Shown here in pieces: positions 27,614 to 36,917 of a stretch of 64,000 nt of DNA (position 1 is the first letter of the stretch; every line of letters starts with the position of its first letter). The notes beneath the pieces were generated by a model. It was not told where the DNA came from. It worked only from the letters and a program-made list of their open reading frames with translations, and ran no database searches. This DNA comes from Deltaproteobacteria bacterium (GTDB lineage Bacteria; Chloroflexota; Dehalococcoidia; Dehalococcoidales; BS750m-G39). The stretch is taken from NCBI GenBank assembly GCA_030603275.1, contig JAUVYB010000001.1, forward strand, positions 19,832-83,831, given 5' to 3'. The position numbers and the translations under genes were made by a program.

Positions 27614-28819
27614 TTACTCGATGATGCGGCTAATGGTACCGGCACCTACCGTTCTACCCCCTTCCCTGATTGCAAAACGCAGACCTTGCTCCATGGCCAC
27701 CGGATAGATAAGCCTTATCTTCATGTCAATATTATCGCCGGGCATGACCATTTCCACCCCTTCCGGCAGCTCGATAGTCCCGGTAACATCAGTAGTCCTG
27801 ATATAAAACTGTGGCTTATAACCGTTAAAGAAGGGTGTATGCCTGCCTCCCTCATCCTTACTCAAAACATATATCCGAGCCTCAGCGTAGGTATGGGGCT
27901 TAATGCTCCCGGGGGCAGCTAACACCTGACCCCGCTCTATCTTCTCCCGGTCTATACCCCGCAGCAGAACGCCGACGGCGTCTCCCGGCTCAGCATAATC
28001 CAGAGTCTTATGGAACATCTCCAAGCTGGTAGCCACCGTCTTGTGGGGCTCGTGGTGCAAGCCAACTATTTCAATCTCATCCCCGGCTTTAATCACGCCT
28101 CTCTCAACCCTCCCCGTGGGCACGGTACCCCGCCCCTTGATGCTGAAAACATCCTCCACTGACATCAAGAAGGGCTTGTCTTTAGGCCGCTCCGGGGTCG
28201 GAATATAGCTATCAACGGCATCCATCAACTTCCAGATAGCACCGCACCACTCACACTCCCGCTTGCCACAGCCGCACTCCAGAACCTTAAGGGCGCTCAC
28301 TCTAATTATGGGAACCTCGCTGCCGGGGAAGCCATACTTGGGCAGTAATTCCTCCCTGAGCTCCATTTCGGTCACCTCTAAAAGCTCCGGGTCATCCACC
28401 AGGTCTATTTTATTCAGAGCGGTCACTATGTACGGCACCTCAACCTGATGCGCCAGCAAGAGATGCTCCCTAGTCTGAGGCATCACGCCGTCATCAGCCG
28501 CCACCACCAGTATGGCACCGTCCATCTGGGCAGCACCGGTTATCATGTTCTTAATATAATCGGCATGCCCCGGACAATCAATATGAGCGTAGTGACGTTT
28601 CTCAGTCTCATACTCAATATGAGCAATAGCGATGGTCAGTCCCCGCGCCTTTTCCTCAGGCGCATTATCAATAGTGGCAAACTCACGGTAAGAGGCAAAA
28701 CCCACCTTGGACAACACCAGGGTAATCGCCGCGGTCAAGGTTGTCTTGCCATGGTCAACATGACCGATAGTGCCCACATTGCAATGGGGCTTTGTCCGCT
28801 CAAATTTCTTCTTTGCCAT
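27614..28819 (-). CDS. tuf: Elongation factor Tu
   Basis: 401 aa with G motifs [13 protein letters not shown] and NKID. Unusual cysteine cluster at residues 182-192. Confidence 0.98.
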   Translation of the reverse strand: MAKKKFERTKPHCNVGTIGHVDHGKTTLTAAITLVLSKVGFASYREFATIDNAPEEKARGLTIAIAHIEYETEKRHYAHIDCPGHADYIKNMITGAAQMDGAILVVAADDGVMPQTREHLLLAHQVEVPYIVTALNKIDLVDDPELLEVTEMELREELLPKYGFPGSEVPIIRVSALKVLECGCGKRECEWCGAIWKLMDAVDSYIPTPERPKDKPFLMSVEDVFSIKGRGTVPTGRVERGVIKAGDEIEIVGLHHEPHKTVATSLEMFHKTLDYAEPGDAVGVLLRGIDREKIERGQVLAAPGSIKPHTYAEARIYVLSKDEGGRHTPFFNGYKPQFYIRTTDVTGTIELPEGVEMVMPGDNIDMKIRLIYPVAMEQGLRFAIREGGRTVGAGTISRIIE

Positions 28820-28837
28820 TTTTCCCCCCTTTATTTA

Positions 28838-28910
28838 AGCCCACAACCAGATTCGAACTGGTGACCCCGTTCTTACCAAGAACGTGCTCTACCAACTGAG
28901 CTATGTGGGC
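28838..28910 (-). tRNA. tRNA-Thr (anticodon GGU)
   Basis: Hand-folded cloverleaf: acceptor GCCCACA/TGTGGGC, anticodon loop TTGGTAA, T-loop TTCGAAT. CCA is not encoded. Confidence 0.9.
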
Positions 28911-29223
28911 ACCATGCCTGAATACATTTTAAGTCAAGATGGATATAGAGTCAACAAAATATAGTGTTTCTACTTTAGAACGTCATATAAAAGTTAAGTT
29001 GATAAAGTAACCATTGATTTTAAGGCAATGCACGGGTGAAAGTCAAGCAGGAGGCAGGGAAGATGGGAAGTCTAGCTGAAAAAGTATATATGGATTTGAT
29101 GGCAAGAGGCAAGGATATTAAGACTGCTAGGCGTTGGCGTAATTGGACTATGAAGTTTGAGGTTTGCTGTGAGAGTAAGAGCAAATATGACAGGGACGAT
29201 ATCATAAGGTATTTAAGCCACGG

Positions 29224-29307
29224 TGGAGGGGGTAGGATTCGAACCTACGTAGCCCTTTGGGCGGCAGATTTACAGTCTGCTCCGATTAACCACTCCGGCA
29301 CCCCTCC
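29224..29307 (-). tRNA. tRNA-Tyr (anticodon GUA), long variable arm
   Basis: Acceptor GGAGGGG/CCCCTCC and anticodon arm GCAGACTGTAAATCTGC. Overall very similar to E. coli tRNA-Tyr. Confidence 0.9.
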
Positions 29308-29327
29308 CCACATCACCAATAAATCCC

Positions 29328-29400
29328 AGCCCGAGAGGGGATTCGAACCCACTAACCTACCGATTACAAGTCGGTTGCGCTTCCATTGCGCCACTCGGGC
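29328..29400 (-). tRNA. tRNA-Thr (anticodon UGU)
   Basis: Acceptor GCCCGAG/CTCGGGC and anticodon loop CTTGTAA. One mismatch in the hand-folded T-stem. Confidence 0.8.
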
Positions 29401-29525
29401 AATATTTCTGACGCTAGTCAACTGGAATATTATAAAAACGTAAGCGGTAAAAGTCAAGCTTGATAGGGTTTGGGCTCATGTTTTGCCCGCTGTCCATCAC
29501 TGCTCCAACAGCAGAAACCTGCCTA

Positions 29526-29554
29526 CTTGACAACAAATGAGTTTTTATGTATAC
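29526..29554 (+). promoter_or_regulatory. Sigma70-type promoter of the trp/aro operon
   Basis: TTGACA (29526-29531), 17-nt spacer, TATACT (29549-29554). Confidence 0.6.
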
Positions 29555-29560
29555 TAGCCC

Positions 29561-29858
29561 AAACTGAATATTGAATAAAGGCTGAGAACGAGACTAGTAG
29601 GCTCCAAGCGGGGCTAAAGAGAGCCGGGTAAGGTGTAAGCCGGCGCCAGCGCAGGGGTTGAATGGACTCGGGAGCCGCAAACCGAAAGGGATTCCCAAGT
29701 AGGCTTTGACGGAGGGGCACCGTTAGCTGAGCCCAGAGTATCGCTTTAAATATTAAGGCTGTACCCGAAAAGAGATGGTTGCCATTTTGGTAATCAATTA
29801 GGGTGGCACCGCGAAGGATTAACCTTTCGCCCCTATAGGGGTGGGAGGTTATTTTTTT
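29561..29858 (+). promoter_or_regulatory. T-box leader RNA, probable Trp (UGG) specifier
   Basis: T-box sequence AATTAGGGTGGCACCGCG lies at about 29796-29813. Also present: AGAGAG (AG-bay-like), an AGTA motif, and GAA-TGG-A with TGG at 29663-29665. A terminator follows directly. Confidence 0.8.
29823..29858 (+). terminator. T-box terminator hairpin
   Basis: CCTTTCGCCCC-TATA-GGGGTGGGAGG forms an 11-bp stem including 3 G-U pairs, followed by TTATTTTTTT. The RBS AAAGGAG and the GTG start of trpE follow. Confidence 0.75.
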
Positions 29859-29881
29859 AGGGAAAAGGAGTTAAGTTTACT

Positions 29882-31342
29882 GTGTACCATCCAACACTGG
29901 AAGAATTTAAAGCACTGGGAAAGAGAGGAAATCTGGTGCCCGTCTACCGCGAGGTTGCGGCGGGTTCGGATACACCGGTTTCCGCCTTCTTGAAGGTAAA
30001 ACGCGGCGGTTATTCCTTCCTTCTGGAGAGCGTGGAAGGCGGCAAACAGGCGGCTCACTACAGCTTTATCGGCACCGAGCCCTACCAGGTGCTCAGCACC
30101 AGAGAGGGAGATAAAACCGACCCCCTTAACCTCATCGCCGAAGAAATGAACAAGCACAGGCTGGTACCGGCAAGCGGACTGCCTGATTTCTGCGGCGGCG
30201 CCGTCGGCTACCTTGCCTACGAAACGATACGGCGCCTGGAAGAACTTCCCTCACCAGACTCTGACCCCCTGGCTCTGCCCGAATCGGTGTTCATGTTCGT
30301 TGATACTATGCTCATCTTCGACCACGCTGCTAATAAAATCAAAATCGCAAGCCACGCCCGCCCCGATGGCGACGCCGACAGCGCCTACCAGGCAGCAATA
30401 GAGAAGATAGAGGAATTAGTAAACAGACTCGCCCAACCCCTCAAAAACCCCCGGCACCTGATAGCAGACACACCAGCACAACCTGCTGAAATCTCTTCCA
30501 ACCTCACTAGAGAAGAATTTGAAACCAATGTCGAGAAGGCAAGGCAATATATAACCGAGGGCGAAACCATCCAGATTGTGCTCTCCCAGCGCCTGAGCCG
30601 GCGCACCAACGCCCATCCCTTTGAAATCTACCGGGCCCTGCGGAGCATCAACCCATCACCCTATATGTTCTTCCTGGACTTAAAGGACTTCCAGCTCATC
30701 GGCTCATCCCCCGAAATCCTGGTAAGAGCGGTAAACGGCACGGCGACCACCCGCCCCCTAGCGGGGACAAGGCCGAGGGGGAAGACACCCCCCGAGGATG
30801 CCCGGCTGGAAAAAGAGCTCCGCAATGACGAGAAGGAACGAGCCGAGCACATAATGCTGGTAGACCTGGGGCGCAACGACATCGGGCGGGTGAGCCTGCC
30901 GGGAACGGTCAAGGTCAGCGAACTTATGGATGTGGAACGCTACTCTCACGTCATGCACCTGGTCACCAATGTGGAAGGCAAGCTGCGCCCCGAACTCACC
31001 CCCTTTGACGCCCTGCGCGCCTGCTTTCCCGCCGGCACCGTCTCCGGTGCGCCCAAAATCCGTGCCATGGAGGCTATCGCCGAGCTTGAGCCGGACAAGA
31101 GAGGCCCCTACGCCGGCTGCGTGGGCTACTTCAGCTTCTCCGGCAGTATGGATACCGCCATAACCATAAGGACTATTATCCTGACCGAGGGAACAGCCCA
31201 TGTCCAGGCTGGCGCCGGCATTGTCTATGACAGCGTGCCGGCGCGGGAATATGAAGAAACCATGAACAAGGCCCGCGCCCTGTTAAAAGCCATCGAGCAG
31301 GCCGAGGCTACGGAGATGACCTATGCTGCTGCTGATAGATAA
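29882..31342 (+). CDS. trpE: Anthranilate synthase component I
   Basis: 486 aa, chorismate-binding family (LLESVEGG, GAGIVYDSVP). GTG start. Confidence 0.95.
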   Translation: MYHPTLEEFKALGKRGNLVPVYREVAAGSDTPVSAFLKVKRGGYSFLLESVEGGKQAAHYSFIGTEPYQVLSTREGDKTDPLNLIAEEMNKHRLVPASGLPDFCGGAVGYLAYETIRRLEELPSPDSDPLALPESVFMFVDTMLIFDHAANKIKIASHARPDGDADSAYQAAIEKIEELVNRLAQPLKNPRHLIADTPAQPAEISSNLTREEFETNVEKARQYITEGETIQIVLSQRLSRRTNAHPFEIYRALRSINPSPYMFFLDLKDFQLIGSSPEILVRAVNGTATTRPLAGTRPRGKTPPEDARLEKELRNDEKERAEHIMLVDLGRNDIGRVSLPGTVKVSELMDVERYSHVMHLVTNVEGKLRPELTPFDALRACFPAGTVSGAPKIRAMEAIAELEPDKRGPYAGCVGYFSFSGSMDTAITIRTIILTEGTAHVQAGAGIVYDSVPAREYEETMNKARALLKAIEQAEATEMTYAAADR

Positions 31343-31904
31343 TTATGATAGCTTTACCTATAACCTGTACCAGTACTTAAGCGAACTGGGGGAAGAGGTA
31401 CGGGTAGTCCGCAATAACAAGACAACTCTGGACGAAATTGAAATGATGAACCCGGAGCGCATCGTAATCTCACCCGGCCCCTCCACCCCCTTAAACGCCG
31501 GCATATCCAACGATGTCATCCGGCATTTTAGCGCCAAGGTGCCCGTCCTCGGCGTTTGCCTGGGTCACCAGTGTATCGGCTATAGCTACGGAGGCGCCTT
31601 TGGCCCGGCCAGGAAGATTATGCACGGTAAGTCGTCTCTGATCTACCATAACAATACCGGCGTCTTTAGTAGCCTCCCCAACCCATTCCCCGCCATCCGC
31701 TATCACTCTCTGGTCGTAGTCCGGGAAGAACTCCCCGACTCTCTGGAGATAACCGCCTGGACCGAAGATAACACCATCATGGGGCTTCGTCACCGCCACC
31801 ACCCGGTGGAGGGGGTGCAGTTCCACCCCGAATCTTTTATGACCCACGCCGGGAAGGATATACTAAGAAATTTCCTGGCCAAGGAGGTGGCCCGGCATGA
31901 TTAA
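31323..31904 (+). CDS. trpG: Anthranilate synthase component II (glutamine amidotransferase)
   Basis: 193 aa with MLLLIDNYDSFTYNLYQYL, GVCLGHQ and FHPES. Confidence 0.95.
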   Translation: MLLLIDNYDSFTYNLYQYLSELGEEVRVVRNNKTTLDEIEMMNPERIVISPGPSTPLNAGISNDVIRHFSAKVPVLGVCLGHQCIGYSYGGAFGPARKIMHGKSSLIYHNNTGVFSSLPNPFPAIRYHSLVVVREELPDSLEITAWTEDNTIMGLRHRHHPVEGVQFHPESFMTHAGKDILRNFLAKEVARHD

Positions 31905-32928
31905 GGAAGCTATTACCTTATTAATAGATAGGCAGTCCCTCACTATGGAGCAGGCCGCCGGGGTGATGGAGGAGATGACCACGGGACAGGTAACACCAGC
32001 CCAGTTCGGTGCCTTTGTCACTGCCCTCAGAATCAAAGGTGAGACCGCCGACGAGATTGCCGGGCTGGCCAGCGTCATGCGGGCTAAATCAGTCCGGGTA
32101 AAGACCACCGACCCGGTGATTGATATTGTCGGCACCGGAGGCGATAACTCCCGGAGTTTCAATATTTCCACCGCCGCCGCCTTTGTTGCTGCCGGCGCCG
32201 GGATAAAGGTAGCCAAGCACAACAACCGCGCCGTGACCAGTCAGTGCGGCAGTGCCGATGTCCTAGAGGCACTGGGAATAAAAATTGAACTCAATGCTAA
32301 TCAAGTAAAAGACTGCCTGGAAAAGGTAGGCATAGGCTTCATGTTTGCCCCCCTCTTCCACCCGGCAATGAAGTTCGCCGCTGCCCCCCGGCGTGAGATT
32401 GGCATACGCACTATATTTAATATCCTCGGCCCGCTGACCAACCCGGCGCTGGCTGAGTCCCAGGTTCTGGGTGTGCCCGGCGAGGAACTCGGCGGAAAGC
32501 TGGTTCAAGTGCTCCAGCGCCTGGGTTCAAAGCACGCCATGGTGGTCCATAGCCTGAACGGAATGGATGAATTCTCAATAGCCGGCAAGTCCCGGGTTTG
32601 GGAACTAAGCAACGGCAAGATAACCGATTACCCTGTCGCCCCCGAGGACTTCGGGCTGGTGGCCGCCGGAGTAGAGACACTGTTGGGAGGCACACCCCAG
32701 GAGAATGCGGCCATACTGCGCTCGGTGCTGGAGGGGGAAAAAGGGCCGAAAAGAGACGCCGTGATTATGAACGCCGCCGCCGGCATAGCGGTCAGTCACC
32801 GCACTAAAAATCGCTCAGGGCTGCCCGCCCTGAAGGAAGGCGCCGAGATAGCCCGGGAAACAATAGACAGCAGGCGGGCGCTGGACAAACTGGATAAACT
32901 AATTACACTAAGCCAGAGCTACGGTTAA
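31897..32928 (+). CDS. trpD: Anthranilate phosphoribosyltransferase
   Basis: 343 aa with DIVGTGGD and KHNNRAVTSQCGSADVLEALG. Confidence 0.95.
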   Translation: MIKEAITLLIDRQSLTMEQAAGVMEEMTTGQVTPAQFGAFVTALRIKGETADEIAGLASVMRAKSVRVKTTDPVIDIVGTGGDNSRSFNISTAAAFVAAGAGIKVAKHNNRAVTSQCGSADVLEALGIKIELNANQVKDCLEKVGIGFMFAPLFHPAMKFAAAPRREIGIRTIFNILGPLTNPALAESQVLGVPGEELGGKLVQVLQRLGSKHAMVVHSLNGMDEFSIAGKSRVWELSNGKITDYPVAPEDFGLVAAGVETLLGGTPQENAAILRSVLEGEKGPKRDAVIMNAAAGIAVSHRTKNRSGLPALKEGAEIARETIDSRRALDKLDKLITLSQSYG

Positions 32929-32933
32929 GAGCC

Positions 32934-33704
32934 ATGTTTCTAGATAAGATTGTTGCCGAAAAGCGGGAAGAGCTAAAGCAGAGGCAGGAAACTGTCCCCC
33001 TGCCCGAGCTCAGGACGGCCATCATGGAAAGGCCTTTGCCCCTGAATCTGGCGGCGGCTCTTAGCGGGGATGGTCTCCGTTTAATTGCCGAGGTCAAGCG
33101 GGCGTCGCCTTCCCGGGGAGTATTATGCCCTGACCTAGACCCGGTTAAGCTGGCCGGCACCTACGCCCAGTGCGGGGCGGCGGCAATATCGGTGCTCACC
33201 GAGTCGCGGTATTTCGGGGGGAGCAGGGAAGACCTTGAAGCCATTAAGCGCGCCTTACCCGATATTCCCCTATTAAGGAAAGACTTTATCCTGAAGCCCT
33301 ACCAGATATTTGAATCGTGTGCCTGGGGAGCCGACGCCGTGCTGCTGATTGTGGCCATATTGGATGACTTCGAACTCGGGGAACTGCTCTCGTTGACCCA
33401 CGCTCTGGGAATGCAGTGCCTGGTTGAAGTGCACAACAAAAATGAGCTCAAAAAGGCGCTGGCACACAATATCAAGATAATCGGTATTAATAATCGCGAC
33501 CTTGATACCATGATTGTAGATATAAACGTGACCAGGCAGCTTCGCCCCCCCATCCCCCGGGGCCGGATAGTGGTCAGTGAAAGCGGCATCAAAGGGCGGG
33601 ATGAGGTCGAGAAGCTGAAGGAATGGAAGGTTAACGCCATACTTGTTGGCGAGGCGCTGGTTACCGCCGATGACGTGGCGGCCAAGATAAAGGAGCTACT
33701 TTGA
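32934..33704 (+). CDS. trpC: Indole-3-glycerol-phosphate synthase
   Basis: 256 aa with IAEVKRASPSRG, LRKDF and GINNRDL. Confidence 0.95.
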   Translation: MFLDKIVAEKREELKQRQETVPLPELRTAIMERPLPLNLAAALSGDGLRLIAEVKRASPSRGVLCPDLDPVKLAGTYAQCGAAAISVLTESRYFGGSREDLEAIKRALPDIPLLRKDFILKPYQIFESCAWGADAVLLIVAILDDFELGELLSLTHALGMQCLVEVHNKNELKKALAHNIKIIGINNRDLDTMIVDINVTRQLRPPIPRGRIVVSESGIKGRDEVEKLKEWKVNAILVGEALVTADDVAAKIKELL

Positions 33705-34342
33705 CCAAAATTAAGATTTGCGGCATTACCAAGGTTTCCTACGCCCAGGCGGCGGTAGAAGCCGGGGCTGACCTTATCGGGGTGGTCTTCGTTCCCAGCC
33801 CCCGTCAGGTTACTTATAGGAAAGCCCGGGAGATAGTGGCTGCGCTCAAAGAACACTATTTCCCGGTTGTCGGGGTATTCGTTAATATGCCCGCGGCCAC
33901 GGTAAATGCTGTGGCTGCTTTCTGCGGACTGGACTGGGTGCAGCTCAGCGGCGACGAGGGCTGGGAGTACTGCCGGCAAATCGAAAAACCGGTGATAAAG
34001 GCAGTACATATATCTAATAAGCTGGGGGAGGAGGAGCTACTGGCCCACCTGAAAGAAGGCAAACGGGTACTTGGTTCTCGTCCTTCCATCTACTTGCTGG
34101 ACACTTTCGCTAAGCAAAAGTACGGGGGAACGGGAAAAGTCTTCACCTGGGAGACAGCCAGACGGGCGGTGGCCAAATACCCGGTTATAATTGCCGGCGG
34201 ACTCCACCCGGAAAATGTAGCAGAGGTGGTATCAAGCTTAAAACCCTGGGGGGTTGATGTTTCCAGTGGGGTCGAGAGCCAGGAGGTTAAAGATGTGGGA
34301 AAAATTAAGGCTTTTGTCCAGGCCGTCAGGTCAGCGGAATAA
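33701..34342 (+). CDS. trpF: Phosphoribosylanthranilate isomerase
   Basis: 213 aa starting TKIKICGIT, with GADLIGVVF. TTG start overlaps the trpC stop by 4 nt. Confidence 0.9.
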   Translation: MTKIKICGITKVSYAQAAVEAGADLIGVVFVPSPRQVTYRKAREIVAALKEHYFPVVGVFVNMPAATVNAVAAFCGLDWVQLSGDEGWEYCRQIEKPVIKAVHISNKLGEEELLAHLKEGKRVLGSRPSIYLLDTFAKQKYGGTGKVFTWETARRAVAKYPVIIAGGLHPENVAEVVSSLKPWGVDVSSGVESQEVKDVGKIKAFVQAVRSAE

Positions 34343-34378
34343 AGCAATGGATTATCCAATCAAAGGAGGAACAGGCAA

Positions 34379-35374
34379 ATGTTGGTGGTAATGAAAAACG
34401 ATGCTACCGAGGCACAGGTAAAGGCAATCATTCATGAAATAGAGAACATGGGTTACCGCGGCGTTCCCATGCCCGGCGCCCAGCGGACGGCGGTTTGCAT
34501 TATCGGCAACCAGGGGCCGGTCGATGACTCACGGCTTCTGGTCATGGAAGGCGTAAAGGAGACCATCAGGGTAACCAAGCCCTATAAACTGGTCAGCCGG
34601 GAGACGCATCCGGAGTCAAGAGTTATCGCCGTTGGCGATATCAAGATTGGCGGAGGCAAACCGGTAATAATGGCCGGGCCCTGCGCCGTAGAAAGCGAGG
34701 AGCAGGCACTGACCATCGCCCACCTGGTGAAAAAAGGCGGTGCCCAGGTCTTCCGCGGGGGCGCCTTCAAACCCAGAACCTCACCCTACAGCTTCCAGGG
34801 TTTGGGTGAGGAAGGACTGAAGATACTGGCTAAAGTCCGCCAGGAGACCGGCCTGCTAATCGTAACCGAGGCTACTGACCACACCAATATTGAACTGGTA
34901 GAAAAGTACGCCGATATTATCCAGATCGGCGCCAGGAACATGCATAACTACTCCCTGCTGCGCCGGGCCGGTCATTCCTCTAAACCAGTCCTGCTTAAGC
35001 GCAGTTTTGCGGCAACAATCGAAGAGCTGCTGATGTCAGCGGAATATATCAGCTCGGAAGGGAACAACCAGGTTATCCTGTGTGAACGGGGAATACGCAC
35101 CTTCGCCGATAACACCCGGAATACCCTGGATTTGAGCGCTATCCCTTCAATCAAGGAATCCAGCCCCCTGCCTATCATCGTTGACCCCAGCCATGCCGCC
35201 GGCAAACGCGACTATGTTATTTCTCTGTCAAAAGGAGCTATCGCCGTCGGCGCCGACGGCCTGCTGGTGGAGGTGCACCACGACCCGCCCCATGCCCTCT
35301 CCGACGGAATGCAGTCCCTGTATCCGGAACAGTTCGGCGAACTAATGAAGGAGATAAATAGTCTAATCAGATGA
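34379..35374 (+). CDS. aroF: DAHP synthase, type I-beta, with an N-terminal ferredoxin-like/ACT-like regulatory domain
   Basis: 331 aa. It aligns along its length with Thermotoga-type DAH7PS (MAGPCAVES, FRGGAFKPRTSPYSFQGLG, IQIGARN, DPSH) and carries a roughly 65-aa N-terminal extra domain. Confidence 0.9.
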   Translation: MLVVMKNDATEAQVKAIIHEIENMGYRGVPMPGAQRTAVCIIGNQGPVDDSRLLVMEGVKETIRVTKPYKLVSRETHPESRVIAVGDIKIGGGKPVIMAGPCAVESEEQALTIAHLVKKGGAQVFRGGAFKPRTSPYSFQGLGEEGLKILAKVRQETGLLIVTEATDHTNIELVEKYADIIQIGARNMHNYSLLRRAGHSSKPVLLKRSFAATIEELLMSAEYISSEGNNQVILCERGIRTFADNTRNTLDLSAIPSIKESSPLPIIVDPSHAAGKRDYVISLSKGAIAVGADGLLVEVHHDPPHALSDGMQSLYPEQFGELMKEINSLIR

Positions 35375-36474
35375 TGAGCCGAAAAGAAAACTCAACAGAA
35401 TACGTCATTAAACTGGAAAAGGTCAGGCGCTGCCCGATTGTTGTCGGCGACGGCATTATAAACCAGCTTGAGCGGTATTTTGACTTCAGTGGTTATTCCG
35501 GCATTGCCCTGCTCACCGATACCACCGTCCAAAAGCTCTACGGCCAGAGCCTGCTCCAGGCGCTGGAGGCAACGGGAAAGAAGGTATCTCTGCTCACCCT
35601 GCCGGTGGGGGAGAGAGCCAAGTCGCTGAATACAGTGGAGCGCGGCTATAAATTTCTGCTGGAGAATAATATCGACCGCAAGGGGCTGATATGTGCTCTG
35701 GGGGGAGGGGTGGTCGGTGATGTGGCCGGGTATATCGCCGCCAGCTACCTGCGGGGTATTGACTACATTCAACTGCCCACCACCCTCCTCGCCCAGGCAG
35801 ACAGCAGCATCGGCGGCAAGGTGGGGGTCAACTTCGGTGGCAAGAAGAACATGGTCGGCAGTTTCTACCAGCCGAGCGCCATTATCGGCGACGTCGCCTT
35901 ACTTAAGTCTTTACCCCCCGCCGAGATGCGAAACGGCCTGGCTGAGGTAATAAAGTACGGTTTAGCAATGGACGAGGAATTATTCCACCTCCTTGACCAA
36001 AAGAAGGAAAGGGAATTTTCCACGGCCGAGCTACAGGATATTGTTATACGGTGCTGCCGTTTGAAAGCCGGCATAGTAGAGGTGGACGAGACGGAGCGGA
36101 CCGGCCAGCGAGCCATACTGAACTTCGGCCATACCGTCGGTCACGCCCTGGAAGCCGCCACCAAACTGCAAGAGCTGAGTCACGGAGAGGCGGTGGCTAT
36201 CGGGATGGCAGCCGCCGCCAGAATAAGCGAGCAGGTCGGCATGCTTGACCGGAGCAATATCCCCATAATTGAAAACCTGCTATCAAGGTTCGGCCTGCCT
36301 GTCTACTATCAGGGGGTAAACCCCGACGAACTGGTTAGCGCCACCCGCTTTGACAAGAAAACAACCAAGGGGCAGACCGGCTGGGTGTTACTCAAGGGCA
36401 TCGGCAATGGGGTAACTAGCCAGCCGGTGGCAGATGACGTGGTCAGAAAAGTCCTTATGGAGATATGCCGATGA
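35371..36474 (+). CDS. aroB: 3-dehydroquinate synthase
   Basis: 367 aa with GGGVVGDVAGY and NFGHTVGHALE. Confidence 0.93.
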   Translation: MMSRKENSTEYVIKLEKVRRCPIVVGDGIINQLERYFDFSGYSGIALLTDTTVQKLYGQSLLQALEATGKKVSLLTLPVGERAKSLNTVERGYKFLLENNIDRKGLICALGGGVVGDVAGYIAASYLRGIDYIQLPTTLLAQADSSIGGKVGVNFGGKKNMVGSFYQPSAIIGDVALLKSLPPAEMRNGLAEVIKYGLAMDEELFHLLDQKKEREFSTAELQDIVIRCCRLKAGIVEVDETERTGQRAILNFGHTVGHALEAATKLQELSHGEAVAIGMAAAARISEQVGMLDRSNIPIIENLLSRFGLPVYYQGVNPDELVSATRFDKKTTKGQTGWVLLKGIGNGVTSQPVADDVVRKVLMEICR

Positions 36475-36917
36475 AAATAATGGTAATTAACGGCCCCAAT
36501 CTTAATATGCTGGGCAAAAGGGAGGCCAATCACTACGGCACCGATACCCTGAAATCTATAGAACAGGCACTCACCGGGAAAGGCAAGGCGCTGGGCTGCG
36601 AGCTTATTTTCTTCCAGTCCAATCACGAGGGGGGTATTATCGACTTTATCCAGGAGAAAACAGGCGCAGCCGACGGCATATTGATTAACCCCGGCGCACT
36701 GACCCACTACGGCTACTCCCTGCATGATGCCCTCGCCGATTCCGGACTGCCCGTGGTCGAGGTGCACCTGTCAGACATCCAGGCCCGCGAAGAGTGGCGT
36801 AAGATATCGGTTATTTCAGACGTGGTTATTAAACAGATTAGCGGTCTTAAAACACAGAGCTATTTAGTGGGGCTGGAAACCCTGGCCGAACATATCAGGA
36901 GCCGGAAGAAAAAGTGA
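36465..36917 (+). CDS. aroQ: Type II 3-dehydroquinate dehydratase
   Basis: Contains MVINGPNLNMLGKRE and HLSDIQAREEWR. The ATG at 36471 (ATGA overlap with aroB) is an equally good start. Confidence 0.92.
   Translation: MPMKIMVINGPNLNMLGKREANHYGTDTLKSIEQALTGKGKALGCELIFFQSNHEGGIIDFIQEKTGAADGILINPGALTHYGYSLHDALADSGLPVVEVHLSDIQAREEWRKISVISDVVIKQISGLKTQSYLVGLETLAEHIRSRKKK

Noticed and set aside
29036-29443. 135-aa plus-strand ORF taken as an intact protein.
   Set aside because: From 29224 onward it runs across tRNA-Tyr and tRNA-Thr on the opposite strand. Only its first roughly 54 codons could be genuine coding remnant, which I report as a finding.
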